DNA of 64,000 bases, taken from positions 17,144 through 81,143 of the forward strand of contig CALWPB010000002.1 in NCBI GenBank assembly GCA_944383315.1. The letters run 5' to 3'. Under the pieces are notes generated by a model. That model saw only the letters and a program-made list of their open reading frames with translations, did no database searches and was not told where the DNA came from. Source of the stretch: an uncultured Clostridia bacterium (GTDB taxonomy: Bacteria > Bacillota > Clostridia > Christensenellales > UBA1242). The position numbers were made by a program, and so were the translations under genes. Position 1 is the first letter of the stretch. Each line of letters starts with the position of its first letter. Below are positions 38,196 to 49,091 of the stretch, piece after piece.

Positions 38196-38779
38196 TGATT
38201 ATAAAATCTGCTGAATTTGTAACAAGTGTTGCAAATGAAAACAAATTACAAGATTTTGGGTTACCTGAATTTGCTTTTGTAGGCAGAAGTAACGTAGGTA
38301 AATCAAGTCTTATAAATGCACTTACAAACCGCAAAAAATTAGCCAAGGCAAGTAGCACCCCAGGACGTACGCGATTAATTAATTTTTTCAAGATTAATAA
38401 TGCATTTATGCTAGTGGATTTGCCGGGTTATGGCTACGCACTAGCAAGTAAGGCAGAGCAAAGTAAATGGCAAGCGCTTATTGGTACTTATCTTGAACAC
38501 AGTACTCGTTTACAACGTGTTTTTGTTCTTGTGGATATTAGGCACGAGCCGAGCGAAAAGGATAAACAAATGCTTGAGTATTTGTATTATTACAACAAGC
38601 CATTTAATGTAATTGCGACCAAAGCGGACAAAATTCCACGTGGACAGGTCGACAAGCAACTGACAATTATAGCAAATGCTTTGAGTATCGGTAAAGATAA
38701 CATTATCCCAACAAGTACAGAAAGCAAACAGGGTACGGATAAAATTTTACAAATTATGGAAAGTTTAATTCAAATTTAA
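38195..38779 (+). CDS. engB: ribosome biogenesis GTPase EngB/YsxC
   Basis: GRSNVGKSSLINAL G1 motif, DLPGYG and TKADK. Follows lon, as in Bacillus. Confidence 0.93.
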   Translation: MIIKSAEFVTSVANENKLQDFGLPEFAFVGRSNVGKSSLINALTNRKKLAKASSTPGRTRLINFFKINNAFMLVDLPGYGYALASKAEQSKWQALIGTYLEHSTRLQRVFVLVDIRHEPSEKDKQMLEYLYYYNKPFNVIATKADKIPRGQVDKQLTIIANALSIGKDNIIPTSTESKQGTDKILQIMESLIQI

Positions 38780-38788
38780 GGACTGAGT

Positions 38789-41035
38789 ATGACATTAAAC
38801 GGAGTAGTAGAAAATATTGTTTTTCAAAACAAGGAGAACGGCTTTACTGTCGCTCGTGTTTCTGCTAACCGTGAACTTATAACCATAGTAGGCAAATTAT
38901 CAAAATTGTATCAAGGGCAAGAAATATGCGCTACTGGGAATTTTGTAACAGATGCCCGCTGGGGTGAGCAATTTAGAGTTGATACTTATACCGTAAGCGA
39001 ACCCAAAACTACAGACGGTATAATTAGATATTTGTCTAGCGGACTGATTAAAGGCGTAGGGCCTATTACCGCTAAAAATATAGTAGACAAATTTGGCGAG
39101 CAAACATTAGATATAATCGAATTAAGCCCACTAAAACTTGCCGAAGTGCACGGAGTTACAGAGAAAAAGGCTGCCGAAATTGGTATTGCCTTTATGGAAC
39201 TCAAAAAAATGCAAGATGTCGTTATGTTTTTGCAAAATTACAATATCAGTACAAATATGGCAATGAAAATATTTAATCGCTATGGCGATAGAGCCCGCGA
39301 GATTGTGCAAAGTAACCCATATAAACTTGTTGAAGATATGTCAAGAGTAGGTTTCAAAACCGCTGATAAAATAGCACTTAGTGTAGGTATTGAGCCTGAT
39401 AGTGAGTTTCGACTTCGTGCTGGACTTGTATATGTACTAAATGAGTCAAGCGAACACGACGGCAATACGTATTTACCTATGGAAGATGTGCTTGTTGATT
39501 TGAGTAAATTACTAAATATAGACGTAACGGAAAAGTTGGAGCAGTTAGAGAGTGTAATAGACCAACTTGTGCTAGAAAGCATAGTAAAGCGCTGTAAATT
39601 TAATGACGTAAATTGTTTAATGCTGGTTAAATACTATACAACCGAATTAAAAATCGCTACCAAACTCATTACACTAAATGAAAGCATTGAACAGTTTAAC
39701 ATAGATGTATCCCAAGAAATTGCAGACTTTGAACGTTTTAATAAAATTGAATTTCACGATGACCAAAAGAAAGCCATTGAACTTGCTGTTAATAATGGTG
39801 TATGCGTAATAACTGGTGGTCCGGGTACGGGAAAGACCACTATAATAAAATGTATCTTGCGTATATTAAAAGGACAATGTGGCAGAATTGCGCTACTTGC
39901 ACCTACTGGACGTGCAGCAAAGCGAATGAGTGAAAGTTGCAAGGAAGAAGCAAGTACTATACACCGCGCACTTATGATAGACTATTCGGGCGGTGAAACC
40001 AAGGAAGATACAGCAATGTTCTTCTTTAATGAAACAAACAAATTTCCGTACGATGCTGTAATTGTTGATGAAGTGTCAATGGTTGATGTCAATCTTATGC
40101 TTTCGTTACTCTCTGCACTCAAAGCAGGTACAAGACTAATTCTTGTAGGGGATAAAAACCAACTGCCTAGCGTGGGGGCGGGGAATGTGCTTGCAGATAT
40201 ACTTAATTCTGGAGTAATAGCGTCAGCACAACTTACACATATATATAGACAGAGTGAAGAAAGTCTTATTATTACAAATGCCCACGCAATAAATGATGGT
40301 AATATGCCAAAGATTGACAATCATAGTAAAGATTTCTTTTTTGAATATCGCGAAAATATAAATGATATTGCCGATACTATATTAAATATGGTAAGTACGC
40401 GTATACCGAAGTTTTTAAATATTAGTCCTTTAAAAATTCAAGTATTAGCCCCTATGCGCGTTGGGGTGTGTGGAATTGATAATCTAAATAACCTTGTGCA
40501 AAATCGCATTAATCCGGCACAGAATGGTAAGAAGGAATACAAACTTGATAATTATGTGTTTAGAATAGGCGACAAAGTTATGCAGACGTCAAACAACTAT
40601 ACGCAAGTTTGGAAAAGGCCAAGGGATAATGGTAGTTGGGAGTTAGGCGAAGCCGTGTTTAATGGTGATATAGGTTTTGTAACTAATATCAATGAAGAAA
40701 CGGACAGTTTGGAAGTTACTTTTGAAGATGGTAGAATATCAGATTATACTCGTGAAGATGCTAAACAAATGATGTTAAGTTATGCAATTACGATTCACAA
40801 AAGTCAGGGTAGTGAATTTGATGTCGTAATAATTCCAATTATCGCGGGGGCGGCTAGTATATTGACACGTAATTTGTTATATACAGCGGTTACGCGTGCA
40901 AAACGTATGGTAGTATTAGTCGGTACAAAGAAAAACTTACATATGATGATAAATAACAATTACACTGCAAAACGATACAGCGCATTAGCTATATTTTTGC
41001 AAAAACAATCTAAAAATATGGGAGATTTAATTTAA
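38789..41035 (+). CDS. recD2: SF1B ATP-dependent DNA helicase RecD2 (YrrC-like)
   Basis: N-terminal OB/HhH region, Walker A ITGGPGTGKTT, VDEVSMVD, and C-terminal SH3 and TIHKSQGSE motifs. Confidence 0.92.
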   Translation: MTLNGVVENIVFQNKENGFTVARVSANRELITIVGKLSKLYQGQEICATGNFVTDARWGEQFRVDTYTVSEPKTTDGIIRYLSSGLIKGVGPITAKNIVDKFGEQTLDIIELSPLKLAEVHGVTEKKAAEIGIAFMELKKMQDVVMFLQNYNISTNMAMKIFNRYGDRAREIVQSNPYKLVEDMSRVGFKTADKIALSVGIEPDSEFRLRAGLVYVLNESSEHDGNTYLPMEDVLVDLSKLLNIDVTEKLEQLESVIDQLVLESIVKRCKFNDVNCLMLVKYYTTELKIATKLITLNESIEQFNIDVSQEIADFERFNKIEFHDDQKKAIELAVNNGVCVITGGPGTGKTTIIKCILRILKGQCGRIALLAPTGRAAKRMSESCKEEASTIHRALMIDYSGGETKEDTAMFFFNETNKFPYDAVIVDEVSMVDVNLMLSLLSALKAGTRLILVGDKNQLPSVGAGNVLADILNSGVIASAQLTHIYRQSEESLIITNAHAINDGNMPKIDNHSKDFFFEYRENINDIADTILNMVSTRIPKFLNISPLKIQVLAPMRVGVCGIDNLNNLVQNRINPAQNGKKEYKLDNYVFRIGDKVMQTSNNYTQVWKRPRDNGSWELGEAVFNGDIGFVTNINEETDSLEVTFEDGRISDYTREDAKQMMLSYAITIHKSQGSEFDVVIIPIIAGAASILTRNLLYTAVTRAKRMVVLVGTKKNLHMMINNNYTAKRYSALAIFLQKQSKNMGDLI

Positions 41036-41895
41036 TGAGTGCAGAAAAAACAAAGGCGGTAAGAAATATCGCTACAAAATCAAAAAGTAAAACAAAGACT
41101 AATGTTTTTGGTAATTGTGCGGGCATATTTGTGAAAATATATCACAAGGCGTGTACGGTTTTGTTTCCGTCAAATATAAAATGCTTGATTTGTGGGGATG
41201 ACTTAAAGCAGAAACAGGATATTGAAATCTGCGACAAATGTCGCCTAAAATTGAGAGAAATAACGGAATCAGAATGTTGTACTCGTTGTGGTTCACCTAT
41301 AGCAGGGCAAGGCAAATTTTGTCTTAATTGTCAAGGCGGTGATGTTGAATTTGATATAGCGCGTAGTGTATTTGTTTATGAAAATGAAGTTAAACATCTA
41401 ATTTCAGGATTAAAATACAACAATAAACCATATCTTTCACGAACCCTATCTTGTTTCCTTGCAGAAAAGTACAAGTCGTTAGGTTGGCAGGCAGACTTGA
41501 TAATTCCTGTACCATTGAGCGAAAGTAGAAAGAAATGGCGCGGATATAATCAAGCGGCATTGCTTGCGGAAGGAGTTAGTGATATAATCGGCGTACCGAT
41601 AAATACTGAAGCACTCGTTAAAATAAAAGATACCGATACTCAAGCAAGCCTGACACTTGCGGAAAGACGTAAGAATTTGAAAGAAAGTTTTAAGGTCGTA
41701 GATAAATATGCGGTAAGGGGCAAAAAAATTTTGCTTATTGACGATGTTATGACTACTGGCTCAACTGCAAATGCCTGTACTCACGAGTTGAAGAAAGCAC
41801 ACGCAGATAGAGTACTTGTACTTACAATAGCACACGGAAAACCCGAAATTCCTACACAAAGCAACATAAATAGCGCAAAAAATTTTACGAATTAA
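41035..41895 (+). CDS. comFC: ComF-family protein (ComFC, phosphoribosyltransferase fold)
   Basis: N-terminal CxxC..CxxC zinc-finger pairs and the PRTase motif ILLIDDVMTTGST. Confidence 0.85.
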   Translation: MSAEKTKAVRNIATKSKSKTKTNVFGNCAGIFVKIYHKACTVLFPSNIKCLICGDDLKQKQDIEICDKCRLKLREITESECCTRCGSPIAGQGKFCLNCQGGDVEFDIARSVFVYENEVKHLISGLKYNNKPYLSRTLSCFLAEKYKSLGWQADLIIPVPLSESRKKWRGYNQAALLAEGVSDIIGVPINTEALVKIKDTDTQASLTLAERRKNLKESFKVVDKYAVRGKKILLIDDVMTTGSTANACTHELKKAHADRVLVLTIAHGKPEIPTQSNINSAKNFTN

Positions 41896-41965
41896 AGCAA
41901 AAAACTTTTCAAAATATGAATTTTATTATATACTGTAACTAATTTTATCAACTGGGAGAACTTAA

Positions 41966-44659
41966 ATGAGTTTATTAACTGTTTTTGCATCAGACAACAA
42001 ACGCAATCTTGCTAAACTTGAAAAGATGGTAAAGAAAATTGAAGATTTAGCACCAAAGTATGCCGAAATGGACAACGATACTTTGCGCGCGCAAACCCCT
42101 GTTTTAAAGGAACGTTTGGCAAATGGCGAAACTTTGGACGATATTTTGTATGATGCTTTCGCACTAGTACGTGAAGCAAGTACTCGCGTACTTAATATGC
42201 GCCACTTCCATTATCAGTTAATGGGTGGTATTGTGTTGCATCAAGGTCGTATTGCCGAGATGATGACTGGTGAAGGTAAAACTATTGTTGCTACTTTGCC
42301 CGCTTATCTTAATGCATTAAATGGAAAAGGTGTTCACGTTGTTACTGTAAACGAATATTTGGCAAGTGTCGGCGCTGAAATAATGGGTAAAGTGTACCGC
42401 TTCTTAGGGCTGACTGTAGGTTGTAGTTTTAGTAATATGACCGCAGAACAGAAACGCAAAGCCTATGCTTGTGATATTACTTATAGTACCAACAACGAAC
42501 TTGCTTTTGACTATCTTCGTGATAACCTTGTCCGTAACAAAAAGGACAGAATGTGTAGGGGGTATGAGTTTGCAATCGTCGACGAGGTAGACTCTATCCT
42601 TATTGACGAAGCCCGCAACCCGCTTATTATCAGTGGACGTGGTTTCAAGTCAAGTGATGCTTATGTTAAGGCACAGCGCTTTATCCGTAATTTAAAACGC
42701 GATGAGGACTATGTCGTAGACGAAGAAAAGAAAGCAGTGCACCTTACTGAAACAGGTACTACAAAGGCAGAAAACTACTTTAATGTAGAAAGTCTTAGTG
42801 ATGCAAATAATGTCGAACTTAACCAATATATCTTAAATGCTTTGCGCGCAAACTTTATAATGAAAGCAGAAAGCGATTATATTGTACGTGATGGCAAAGT
42901 GTTGATTGTCGACCAATTTACAGGTCGTATTATGGAAGGTAGACGTTATAGTAACGGTTTGCATCAGGCCATCGAAGCAAAGGAAGGCTTGCAGATTAAA
43001 GATGAGTTGTTGACAGTTGCAACAATTACTTTGCAGAACTTCTTTAAAATGTATCACAAGTTAAGTGGTATGACAGGTACAGCAAAGACGGAAGAAGTCG
43101 AATTTAACAAGATTTATAGCCTTGATATTGTTACCATTCCTACCAATTTACCTATGATTCGTATTGATGAACCCGATGTTATTTATACGACTATAAAGGG
43201 TAAGTTAGATGCAGTTGTAAACCGTATTAATGAGGCATACGAGCGTGGACAACCTGTGCTTGTTGGTACTGTTACCATTGACCGCAGTGAGAATTTAAGT
43301 AAGTTGTTAAAGTCAAAGGGAATTCCACACAAGGTATTGAATGCAAAGAATCACGCACAAGAAGCCGAAATCGTAGCACAGGCAGGACGTTTCAAAACCG
43401 TTACAATCGCTACAAATATGGCAGGTCGTGGTACTGACATTTTGCTAGGTGGTAACCCCGAATATCTTGCAAAAGCGCAGTTGTATAAATTAGGTTACGA
43501 CCAAAATATTATTGACCAAGCAACAAGTTTCTTGCCAAGTGATGACGAAAAAGTGCAGGAAGCAAAGGAAAATTACGACAAGTTCCTAGCGCATTACAAA
43601 GAAGAAACAGATGCCGAAAAGAAAAAGGTTATCGAAGTTGGCGGCTTGCTTGTTATTGGTACCGAACGCCACGAATCACGTCGTATTGATAACCAGTTGC
43701 GTGGTCGTGCAGGTCGTCAAGGCGACCCAGGACGCAGTGTGTTCTATATTTCACTTGAAGACGATTTGGTGCGTATCTTTGGTGGCGATAAATTAAAGTC
43801 AATTAGTAACTTCTTTAAAATTGACGAAGACACACCTTTCCAAATGAAAATGTTGTCAAAACAAATAGAACGCGCCCAAAAGAAAGTAGAAGCCCGCAAC
43901 TATGCAAGTCGTCGTAACGTGCTTGAATTTGACGATGTTATCAATAAACAACGTAATATTATCTACTCAGAACGTAACAAAATACTTGACGGCGAAGACG
44001 TTCACGAGCAAATCAAGCAAATGTTCCCCGATGTCATTCAAGACGCTTTGTCGCATTGTATTGATATGGAGAAGCCAAGTTTTGAGTGGGATATTGAAGA
44101 AATTAATCATTCACTCGAAGATAAACTCTACAAGAAAGGTACAAATTTTGTTACCCCCGAAATGCTTGAAGATACTGTCTATGACGAACTTTGCGACACA
44201 ATTTTACAAGACGTATTAAAGAGATACGAAGACAAAAAAGCCGAAATTGAAGCGCTAGGTATTCCATTTGAGCAAGTTGAGCGAATGATATTGCTTGACC
44301 GCGTAGACAATGCTTGGATGGAACACATTGACGCAATGTCAACATTAAGCCACGAAATCGTAGTACAATCATTAGGCCGTCAGGACCCTATTGTTGCGTA
44401 CAAACGTGAAGGTTTTGCAATGTTTGACGAAATGATTAGCAATATCCGTGAATCAACAAGTACGATTCTTTTAAATATTGTTGCTCGTCCTACAACTCCA
44501 CAACCTGTAAAACCAAAAGGCGACTTTATAGCAAGTAGTGGCGGCAAACCACAACGTCCGCAGGGTACAGTACACTCAAACAAGACAGTAGGTAGAAATG
44601 ACCCTTGCCCGTGTGGTAGTGGCAGAAAGTACAAAAATTGCTGCGGCAAAAACGAGTAG
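41966..44659 (+). CDS. secA: preprotein translocase ATPase SecA
   Basis: MTGEGKT Walker A, DEVDSILIDEAR DEAD-like box and a C-terminal zinc motif CPCGSGRKYKNCCG. Confidence 0.98.
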   Translation: MSLLTVFASDNKRNLAKLEKMVKKIEDLAPKYAEMDNDTLRAQTPVLKERLANGETLDDILYDAFALVREASTRVLNMRHFHYQLMGGIVLHQGRIAEMMTGEGKTIVATLPAYLNALNGKGVHVVTVNEYLASVGAEIMGKVYRFLGLTVGCSFSNMTAEQKRKAYACDITYSTNNELAFDYLRDNLVRNKKDRMCRGYEFAIVDEVDSILIDEARNPLIISGRGFKSSDAYVKAQRFIRNLKRDEDYVVDEEKKAVHLTETGTTKAENYFNVESLSDANNVELNQYILNALRANFIMKAESDYIVRDGKVLIVDQFTGRIMEGRRYSNGLHQAIEAKEGLQIKDELLTVATITLQNFFKMYHKLSGMTGTAKTEEVEFNKIYSLDIVTIPTNLPMIRIDEPDVIYTTIKGKLDAVVNRINEAYERGQPVLVGTVTIDRSENLSKLLKSKGIPHKVLNAKNHAQEAEIVAQAGRFKTVTIATNMAGRGTDILLGGNPEYLAKAQLYKLGYDQNIIDQATSFLPSDDEKVQEAKENYDKFLAHYKEETDAEKKKVIEVGGLLVIGTERHESRRIDNQLRGRAGRQGDPGRSVFYISLEDDLVRIFGGDKLKSISNFFKIDEDTPFQMKMLSKQIERAQKKVEARNYASRRNVLEFDDVINKQRNIIYSERNKILDGEDVHEQIKQMFPDVIQDALSHCIDMEKPSFEWDIEEINHSLEDKLYKKGTNFVTPEMLEDTVYDELCDTILQDVLKRYEDKKAEIEALGIPFEQVERMILLDRVDNAWMEHIDAMSTLSHEIVVQSLGRQDPIVAYKREGFAMFDEMISNIRESTSTILLNIVARPTTPQPVKPKGDFIASSGGKPQRPQGTVHSNKTVGRNDPCPCGSGRKYKNCCGKNE

Positions 44660-44700
44660 GAGTTAAAATATTTTTGTTATCTTGTTAGACTAGGAGCGTT

Positions 44701-45795
44701 ATGACACTAGAACAAATCAAAGAAAACTTAATAGACGTGCAAAAATCGCTGGATATTATTCGAGCGGTTTTTGACATTAATAAACTATCAGCTGAACAAA
44801 GCGAACTTGTAGCACAGCAGTCCGCCCCAGATTTTTATAGCGATATGGAGCAGGTGCGCAAAGTTGGAAAGAGATTGAGTAGCATTGAGAAGAAAATAGC
44901 CGATTTACGTGATATAGAAGATAGGTACAATATGATAAAAGAATTTGCTAATGACTGCGCTGAAGATGATACAAGTATGCTTGCCGAACTAACAAAAGAG
45001 TTGCAGGAATTAATGCCAAAAGTTCAAGAAATGCGACTTACAGCCCTTTTGCGTGGCAAATATGATAGGCTCGGCGCAATTCTCACTATTCAAGCGGGCG
45101 CAGGCGGAACAGAAGCGCAAGATTGGGCGGAAATGCTGCTCCGTATGTATACACGTTATGCAGAAAAGCAGGGTTTTGATTGCACAACTCTTGACCATAC
45201 TGCAGGTGATGGGGCAGGCATTAAAGGCGCAACTATCAAAATTGACGGCGAAAACGCATACGGCTTTTTAAAGGCAGAAAAAGGTGTGCACCGTCTTGTG
45301 CGCATTTCACCCTTTGATAGCAATGCCCGTAGGCATACAAGTTTTGCATCGGTCGAAGTAATGCCGCAAATTGAGAATGATAGCGAAGTCGAGATAAAAG
45401 ACAGCGATTTAAAGATAGACACGTTCCATAGTGGCGGTTGCGGCGGACAAGGGGTGAACACCACAGATTCCGCAGTGCGTATTAGACATATACCCACAGG
45501 TATAGTTGTGCAATGCCAAAATGAGCGCAGCCAAATACAAAACCGTGAATCAGCGATGAAAGTATTGCGCGCAAAACTCGCCGAACTCGCCGAAGAACAG
45601 AGACAAGCAGATATAAAGCAGGTACAAGGCAGCCTTAAAAAGATAGAATGGGGTAGCCAAATTCGTAGTTACGTATTTTGCCCGTACACTTTGGTAAAGG
45701 ACCACCGCACAGACTACGAAACACCAAATGTAGAAGCAGTAATGGACGGAAATATTCAAGACTTTATACTCGAATATCTCAAAAAGAGCGGATAA
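44701..45795 (+). CDS. prfB: peptide chain release factor 2, encoded in a single frame
   Basis: SPF tripeptide (RISPFDS) and GGQ (GGCGGQGVN). Full length with no internal stop. Confidence 0.95.
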   Translation: MTLEQIKENLIDVQKSLDIIRAVFDINKLSAEQSELVAQQSAPDFYSDMEQVRKVGKRLSSIEKKIADLRDIEDRYNMIKEFANDCAEDDTSMLAELTKELQELMPKVQEMRLTALLRGKYDRLGAILTIQAGAGGTEAQDWAEMLLRMYTRYAEKQGFDCTTLDHTAGDGAGIKGATIKIDGENAYGFLKAEKGVHRLVRISPFDSNARRHTSFASVEVMPQIENDSEVEIKDSDLKIDTFHSGGCGGQGVNTTDSAVRIRHIPTGIVVQCQNERSQIQNRESAMKVLRAKLAELAEEQRQADIKQVQGSLKKIEWGSQIRSYVFCPYTLVKDHRTDYETPNVEAVMDGNIQDFILEYLKKSG

Positions 45796-45858
45796 AATTT
45801 TTAAAAAATTGAAAATAAAAAAGTAACATTAAAAATTTAGTTAATACAAGGTACTTTT

Positions 45859-46929
45859 ATGACATACATTGAGAGAATGAAAGAAAAAGCGGCAGAGATA
45901 CGCAAACAAGATGTTGTGCGTATTTTGGCTATTGAAAGTAGTTGTGATGAAACGAGTGTTGCGGTAGTCGAGAACGGTCGCAAAGTGCTATCAAATATCA
46001 TTTCAAGCCAAATTGATATACACAAACATTTTGGCGGAGTTGTGCCAGAAGTGGCGAGCCGCAACCATATACTTAATATTATTCCACTTGTTGAACAAGC
46101 GCTTGATAAGGCTCATTTGACCTTTAATGATATTGATGCAATAGGAGTTACACAAGGGGCGGGGCTGGTTGGTGCATTGCTTGTGGGGCTTACTACTGCA
46201 AAAGCATTAAGTTATGCTCTTAACAAACCACTTATAAACGTAAATCACATAAAAGGACACATTGCGGCTAATTATTTAGCATTTCCTGAACTTACTCCGC
46301 CTTTTATATGTTTAATTACGAGTGGCGGGCATACCGCAATAGTAAATGTAGATGACTACAATCATTTTACTTTGATAGGCTCCACGCAAGATGATGCAAT
46401 AGGCGAAGCCTACGACAAAGTAGCCCGAGTGCTAGGTCTTGAATATCCGGGCGGGGTGAAAGTAGATAGGCTAGCACAAAATGTAGAGCCTGTAATAAAA
46501 TTTGTGCAGCACGATACTTTGGCAAATAGTTATGACGTAAGTTATAGCGGATTAAAGACTGCGGTTATAAATTATGTGCACAAACTCGAACAAAACGGGC
46601 AGCAAATTGACGTTCCTCAAATTTGCGCGTCTTTCCAGCACGAAGCCGTAGATATGCTGACCGCAAAAGCCTTGCGCGCTTGTAAAGAGTATGGTCAAAA
46701 AAAGTTAGTCCTTGCGGGCGGGGTGGCTGCGAATTCTTATCTCCGCAGTTCGTTGACTGAAAAATGCAAAGAATTAAATATTTCACTATATTTTCCGCCT
46801 ATGGAATACTGCACCGACAATGCCGCAATGATAGGCTCGGTCGCTTATTATCAGTTACTCAGCCAAGACCCAGCCGACCTAAACATCTCAGCACTCCCCA
46901 GTATTTCCCTAGACGAAGCAATAAACTAA
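45859..46929 (+). CDS. tsaD: tRNA N6-adenosine threonylcarbamoyltransferase
   Basis: ILAIESSCDETSVAVV and the HIKGH..H metal site, colinear with Kae1/TsaD. An extra ~20 N-terminal residues make the start slightly uncertain. Confidence 0.93.
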   Translation: MTYIERMKEKAAEIRKQDVVRILAIESSCDETSVAVVENGRKVLSNIISSQIDIHKHFGGVVPEVASRNHILNIIPLVEQALDKAHLTFNDIDAIGVTQGAGLVGALLVGLTTAKALSYALNKPLINVNHIKGHIAANYLAFPELTPPFICLITSGGHTAIVNVDDYNHFTLIGSTQDDAIGEAYDKVARVLGLEYPGGVKVDRLAQNVEPVIKFVQHDTLANSYDVSYSGLKTAVINYVHKLEQNGQQIDVPQICASFQHEAVDMLTAKALRACKEYGQKKLVLAGGVAANSYLRSSLTEKCKELNISLYFPPMEYCTDNAAMIGSVAYYQLLSQDPADLNISALPSISLDEAIN

Positions 46930-46940
46930 ATAAAACAAAA

Positions 46941-46976
46941 AGCACTCTAAAAATCGAATTTAGAGGCTTTTTCTTT
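46941..46976. terminator. bidirectional terminator between convergent tsaD and tmcAL
   Basis: agc(a)ctctaaa pairs with tttagaggct with one bulge, followed by tttttctttt. Confidence 0.6.
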
Positions 46977-46992
46977 TAAATTTATCAAAAGT

Positions 46993-48270
46993 CTATTTTA
47001 TAAACAACGGTTTCATATAAATATCGCTTATGTTAAAGTCTTTTTGTTGGTCTTTCGTAACGTCTAATAATAAAGTGTATAGGAAATTTGCTTTGTCTTC
47101 CGCATACATCAAAATTTGCGCAAACGGGTCTTTTTGGGCAAGGATCGCATCTTGTTTACGAGTAACAAGTATTGTGTTACACTCATTTAGTGCCGCAAGA
47201 ATTTCCTTATTATTTTTACTTGCGAGTAGTTTAATATAAGGGAGTTTGTCTAGTTCATAGATATGCTTTACATATTCGGCACGTAAATTTAATAGGCAAG
47301 CAGTTACTATGCGTTGAATTCGTGATTGCGTAAATCTTCGCGAAGTGCAGGCTTCAATAAATGCACGATATTCGACATTTTCACGAGCGGCAGAAATAAG
47401 TTTATTTTCAATGCCTTCAATTACATCATAATTAAGTGCCAAATCACTAGGGGTGCCAGTGCGGAAACGGTATAGGGCAAGGTTTCCCCAAATTTCTATA
47501 TCAGGAATACCTATTGTGCGCAACGCACTTGCAAATATTTGATAGGGCTCGTTTGGTATAAATTTTCGAATATTCCAAATGCGTTTACTTCTGTACACTG
47601 ATTCACGAATTGCGGTAGCACTGGATAAATTATATTCAAATGCAGCTTCGTCTTTTGCATCGCTTGTTTCGTCTACGCGTTTTACGGTAATAGGAGTTAT
47701 ATCTTTTCTACCACTTGCAAACAATACGCGTAAGTATTCAACAGCCAAAATATTGTTTGGAGTGTCTAAAATATGCGCAACTACTTCGGGACGTGTAAAT
47801 TTTACAAGCCCAGCATCTATACATTCTTGTAATGCGTGAGTTTTTGCTCTGCCAAGAGAAAAACCATCATTTAAGTTGCGCTTTATACGTGCTTTGTAAA
47901 AAGCAGGTTCTTTTGATAGAAATTTTGCAAGTTCGGATAGTGAACGAATATCACCACATTCGCTACCAAAGGAAATGTGAGTAACCGAACCAAAACTTGT
48001 GGCAATTTTTATTGCCGCTTGCGCAAATACTTCAGCATTTCCAGTACAAAAGTAAGTAGGAATCTGTACTACTGCCGAAGCGCCACCAGCAATCGCCATT
48101 TCCGCACGAACGTATTTTTCACAAATCGCAGGTTCGCCACGTTGGGTAAAGTTGCCGCCCATTATACAAAGACAGGCATCGCACCCACTTTGTTTTAGGC
48201 TTTGCTCAATGTGGTATTGGTGTCCATTGTGGAAAGGGTTGTATTCACAAATTATTGCACAAAATTTCAT
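46993..48270 (-). CDS. tmcAL: tRNA(Met) cytidine acetate ligase (YlbM/UPF0348 nucleotidyltransferase)
   Basis: N-terminus MKFCAIICEYNPFHNGHQYHI (HxGH nucleotidyltransferase motif); length and layout match YlbM. Confidence 0.85.
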   Translation of the reverse strand: MKFCAIICEYNPFHNGHQYHIEQSLKQSGCDACLCIMGGNFTQRGEPAICEKYVRAEMAIAGGASAVVQIPTYFCTGNAEVFAQAAIKIATSFGSVTHISFGSECGDIRSLSELAKFLSKEPAFYKARIKRNLNDGFSLGRAKTHALQECIDAGLVKFTRPEVVAHILDTPNNILAVEYLRVLFASGRKDITPITVKRVDETSDAKDEAAFEYNLSSATAIRESVYRSKRIWNIRKFIPNEPYQIFASALRTIGIPDIEIWGNLALYRFRTGTPSDLALNYDVIEGIENKLISAARENVEYRAFIEACTSRRFTQSRIQRIVTACLLNLRAEYVKHIYELDKLPYIKLLASKNNKEILAALNECNTILVTRKQDAILAQKDPFAQILMYAEDKANFLYTLLLDVTKDQQKDFNISDIYMKPLFIK

Positions 48271-48340
48271 TAAATGACCTCGCTAAATTAATTATTTTAT
48301 TATAACATACTTTACAATTTTAGCCAAATGAATAATTATA

Positions 48341-48367
48341 AAAAGGCAACAATTATTGTTGCCTTTT
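48341..48367 (-). terminator. folA terminator (bidirectional geometry)
   Basis: ggcaacaa-tta-ttgttgcc flanked by A4 and T4. Confidence 0.85.
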
Positions 48368-48374
48368 AAAAGAA

Positions 48375-48842
48375 TTATTTTTCAATAATCAAAAATTTAA
48401 AAGAAGGATTTGCTGTTTTTTCATAAATAGTCTTCGCTTTGCTCAAATCGATTTTTGGAAAATAAGCATCTCCATTTTTTACTTCCGTATCTACCAAAGT
48501 TAAATAAAACTTTTTAGCATAGGGAAGAGCCTGTTCATATATGCTTCCACCGCCACAAATAAAAATTTCTTCGCTTGTGTCTTCGTTGGCCTTTAAGTAT
48601 TCTGTTAAATTTTGAATAGTATGACAATCTTCCGTGTTTATTTTTAAGGTATTGCTTACCAAAATTGTTTTTCTATTGGGAAGTATTTTGCCAATTGAAA
48701 GAAAAGTATTTTTGCCCATAACAACAGTATGATTTATAGTATGTTTTTTAAACCATTCCAAATCTTCCTTTATATGCCAAGGAAGTTGTCCATTTTTACC
48801 AATACAAAAATTTTTATCAAAAGCGACAATTATTGAAATCAT
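48375..48842 (-). CDS. folA: dihydrofolate reductase
   Basis: ISIIVAFDKNFCIGKNGQLPWHIKEDLEWFKKHT..VVMGKNTF is the typical DHFR pattern. Confidence 0.93.
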   Translation of the reverse strand: MISIIVAFDKNFCIGKNGQLPWHIKEDLEWFKKHTINHTVVMGKNTFLSIGKILPNRKTILVSNTLKINTEDCHTIQNLTEYLKANEDTSEEIFICGGGSIYEQALPYAKKFYLTLVDTEVKNGDAYFPKIDLSKAKTIYEKTANPSFKFLIIEK

Positions 48843-49015
48843 TATGTTTTCCTTTTTTTGTTTTAATATATTATTTGTTATATAAGCATATATAGTATAA
48901 ATAATTTCTTACTATTTGTCTAATTTCTAAATATAATTAATTGAATGTATGCAATTTTATTTTATAAACCAATTTATAATTGTGTTAAATTTACAATAAA
49001 ATCTCTTTTTTGCAG

Positions 49016-49044
49016 TTGACTTTTTATTTAAAATAGAGTATAAT
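49016..49044 (+). promoter_or_regulatory. sigma-A promoter for rpmF
   Basis: TTGACT (49016-49021), 17-nt spacer, TATAAT (49039-49044). Confidence 0.7.
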
Positions 49045-49091
49045 CGTCTTTGTAAATAATTTTTACATATTTTAAATGGAGGTTACAGGGA

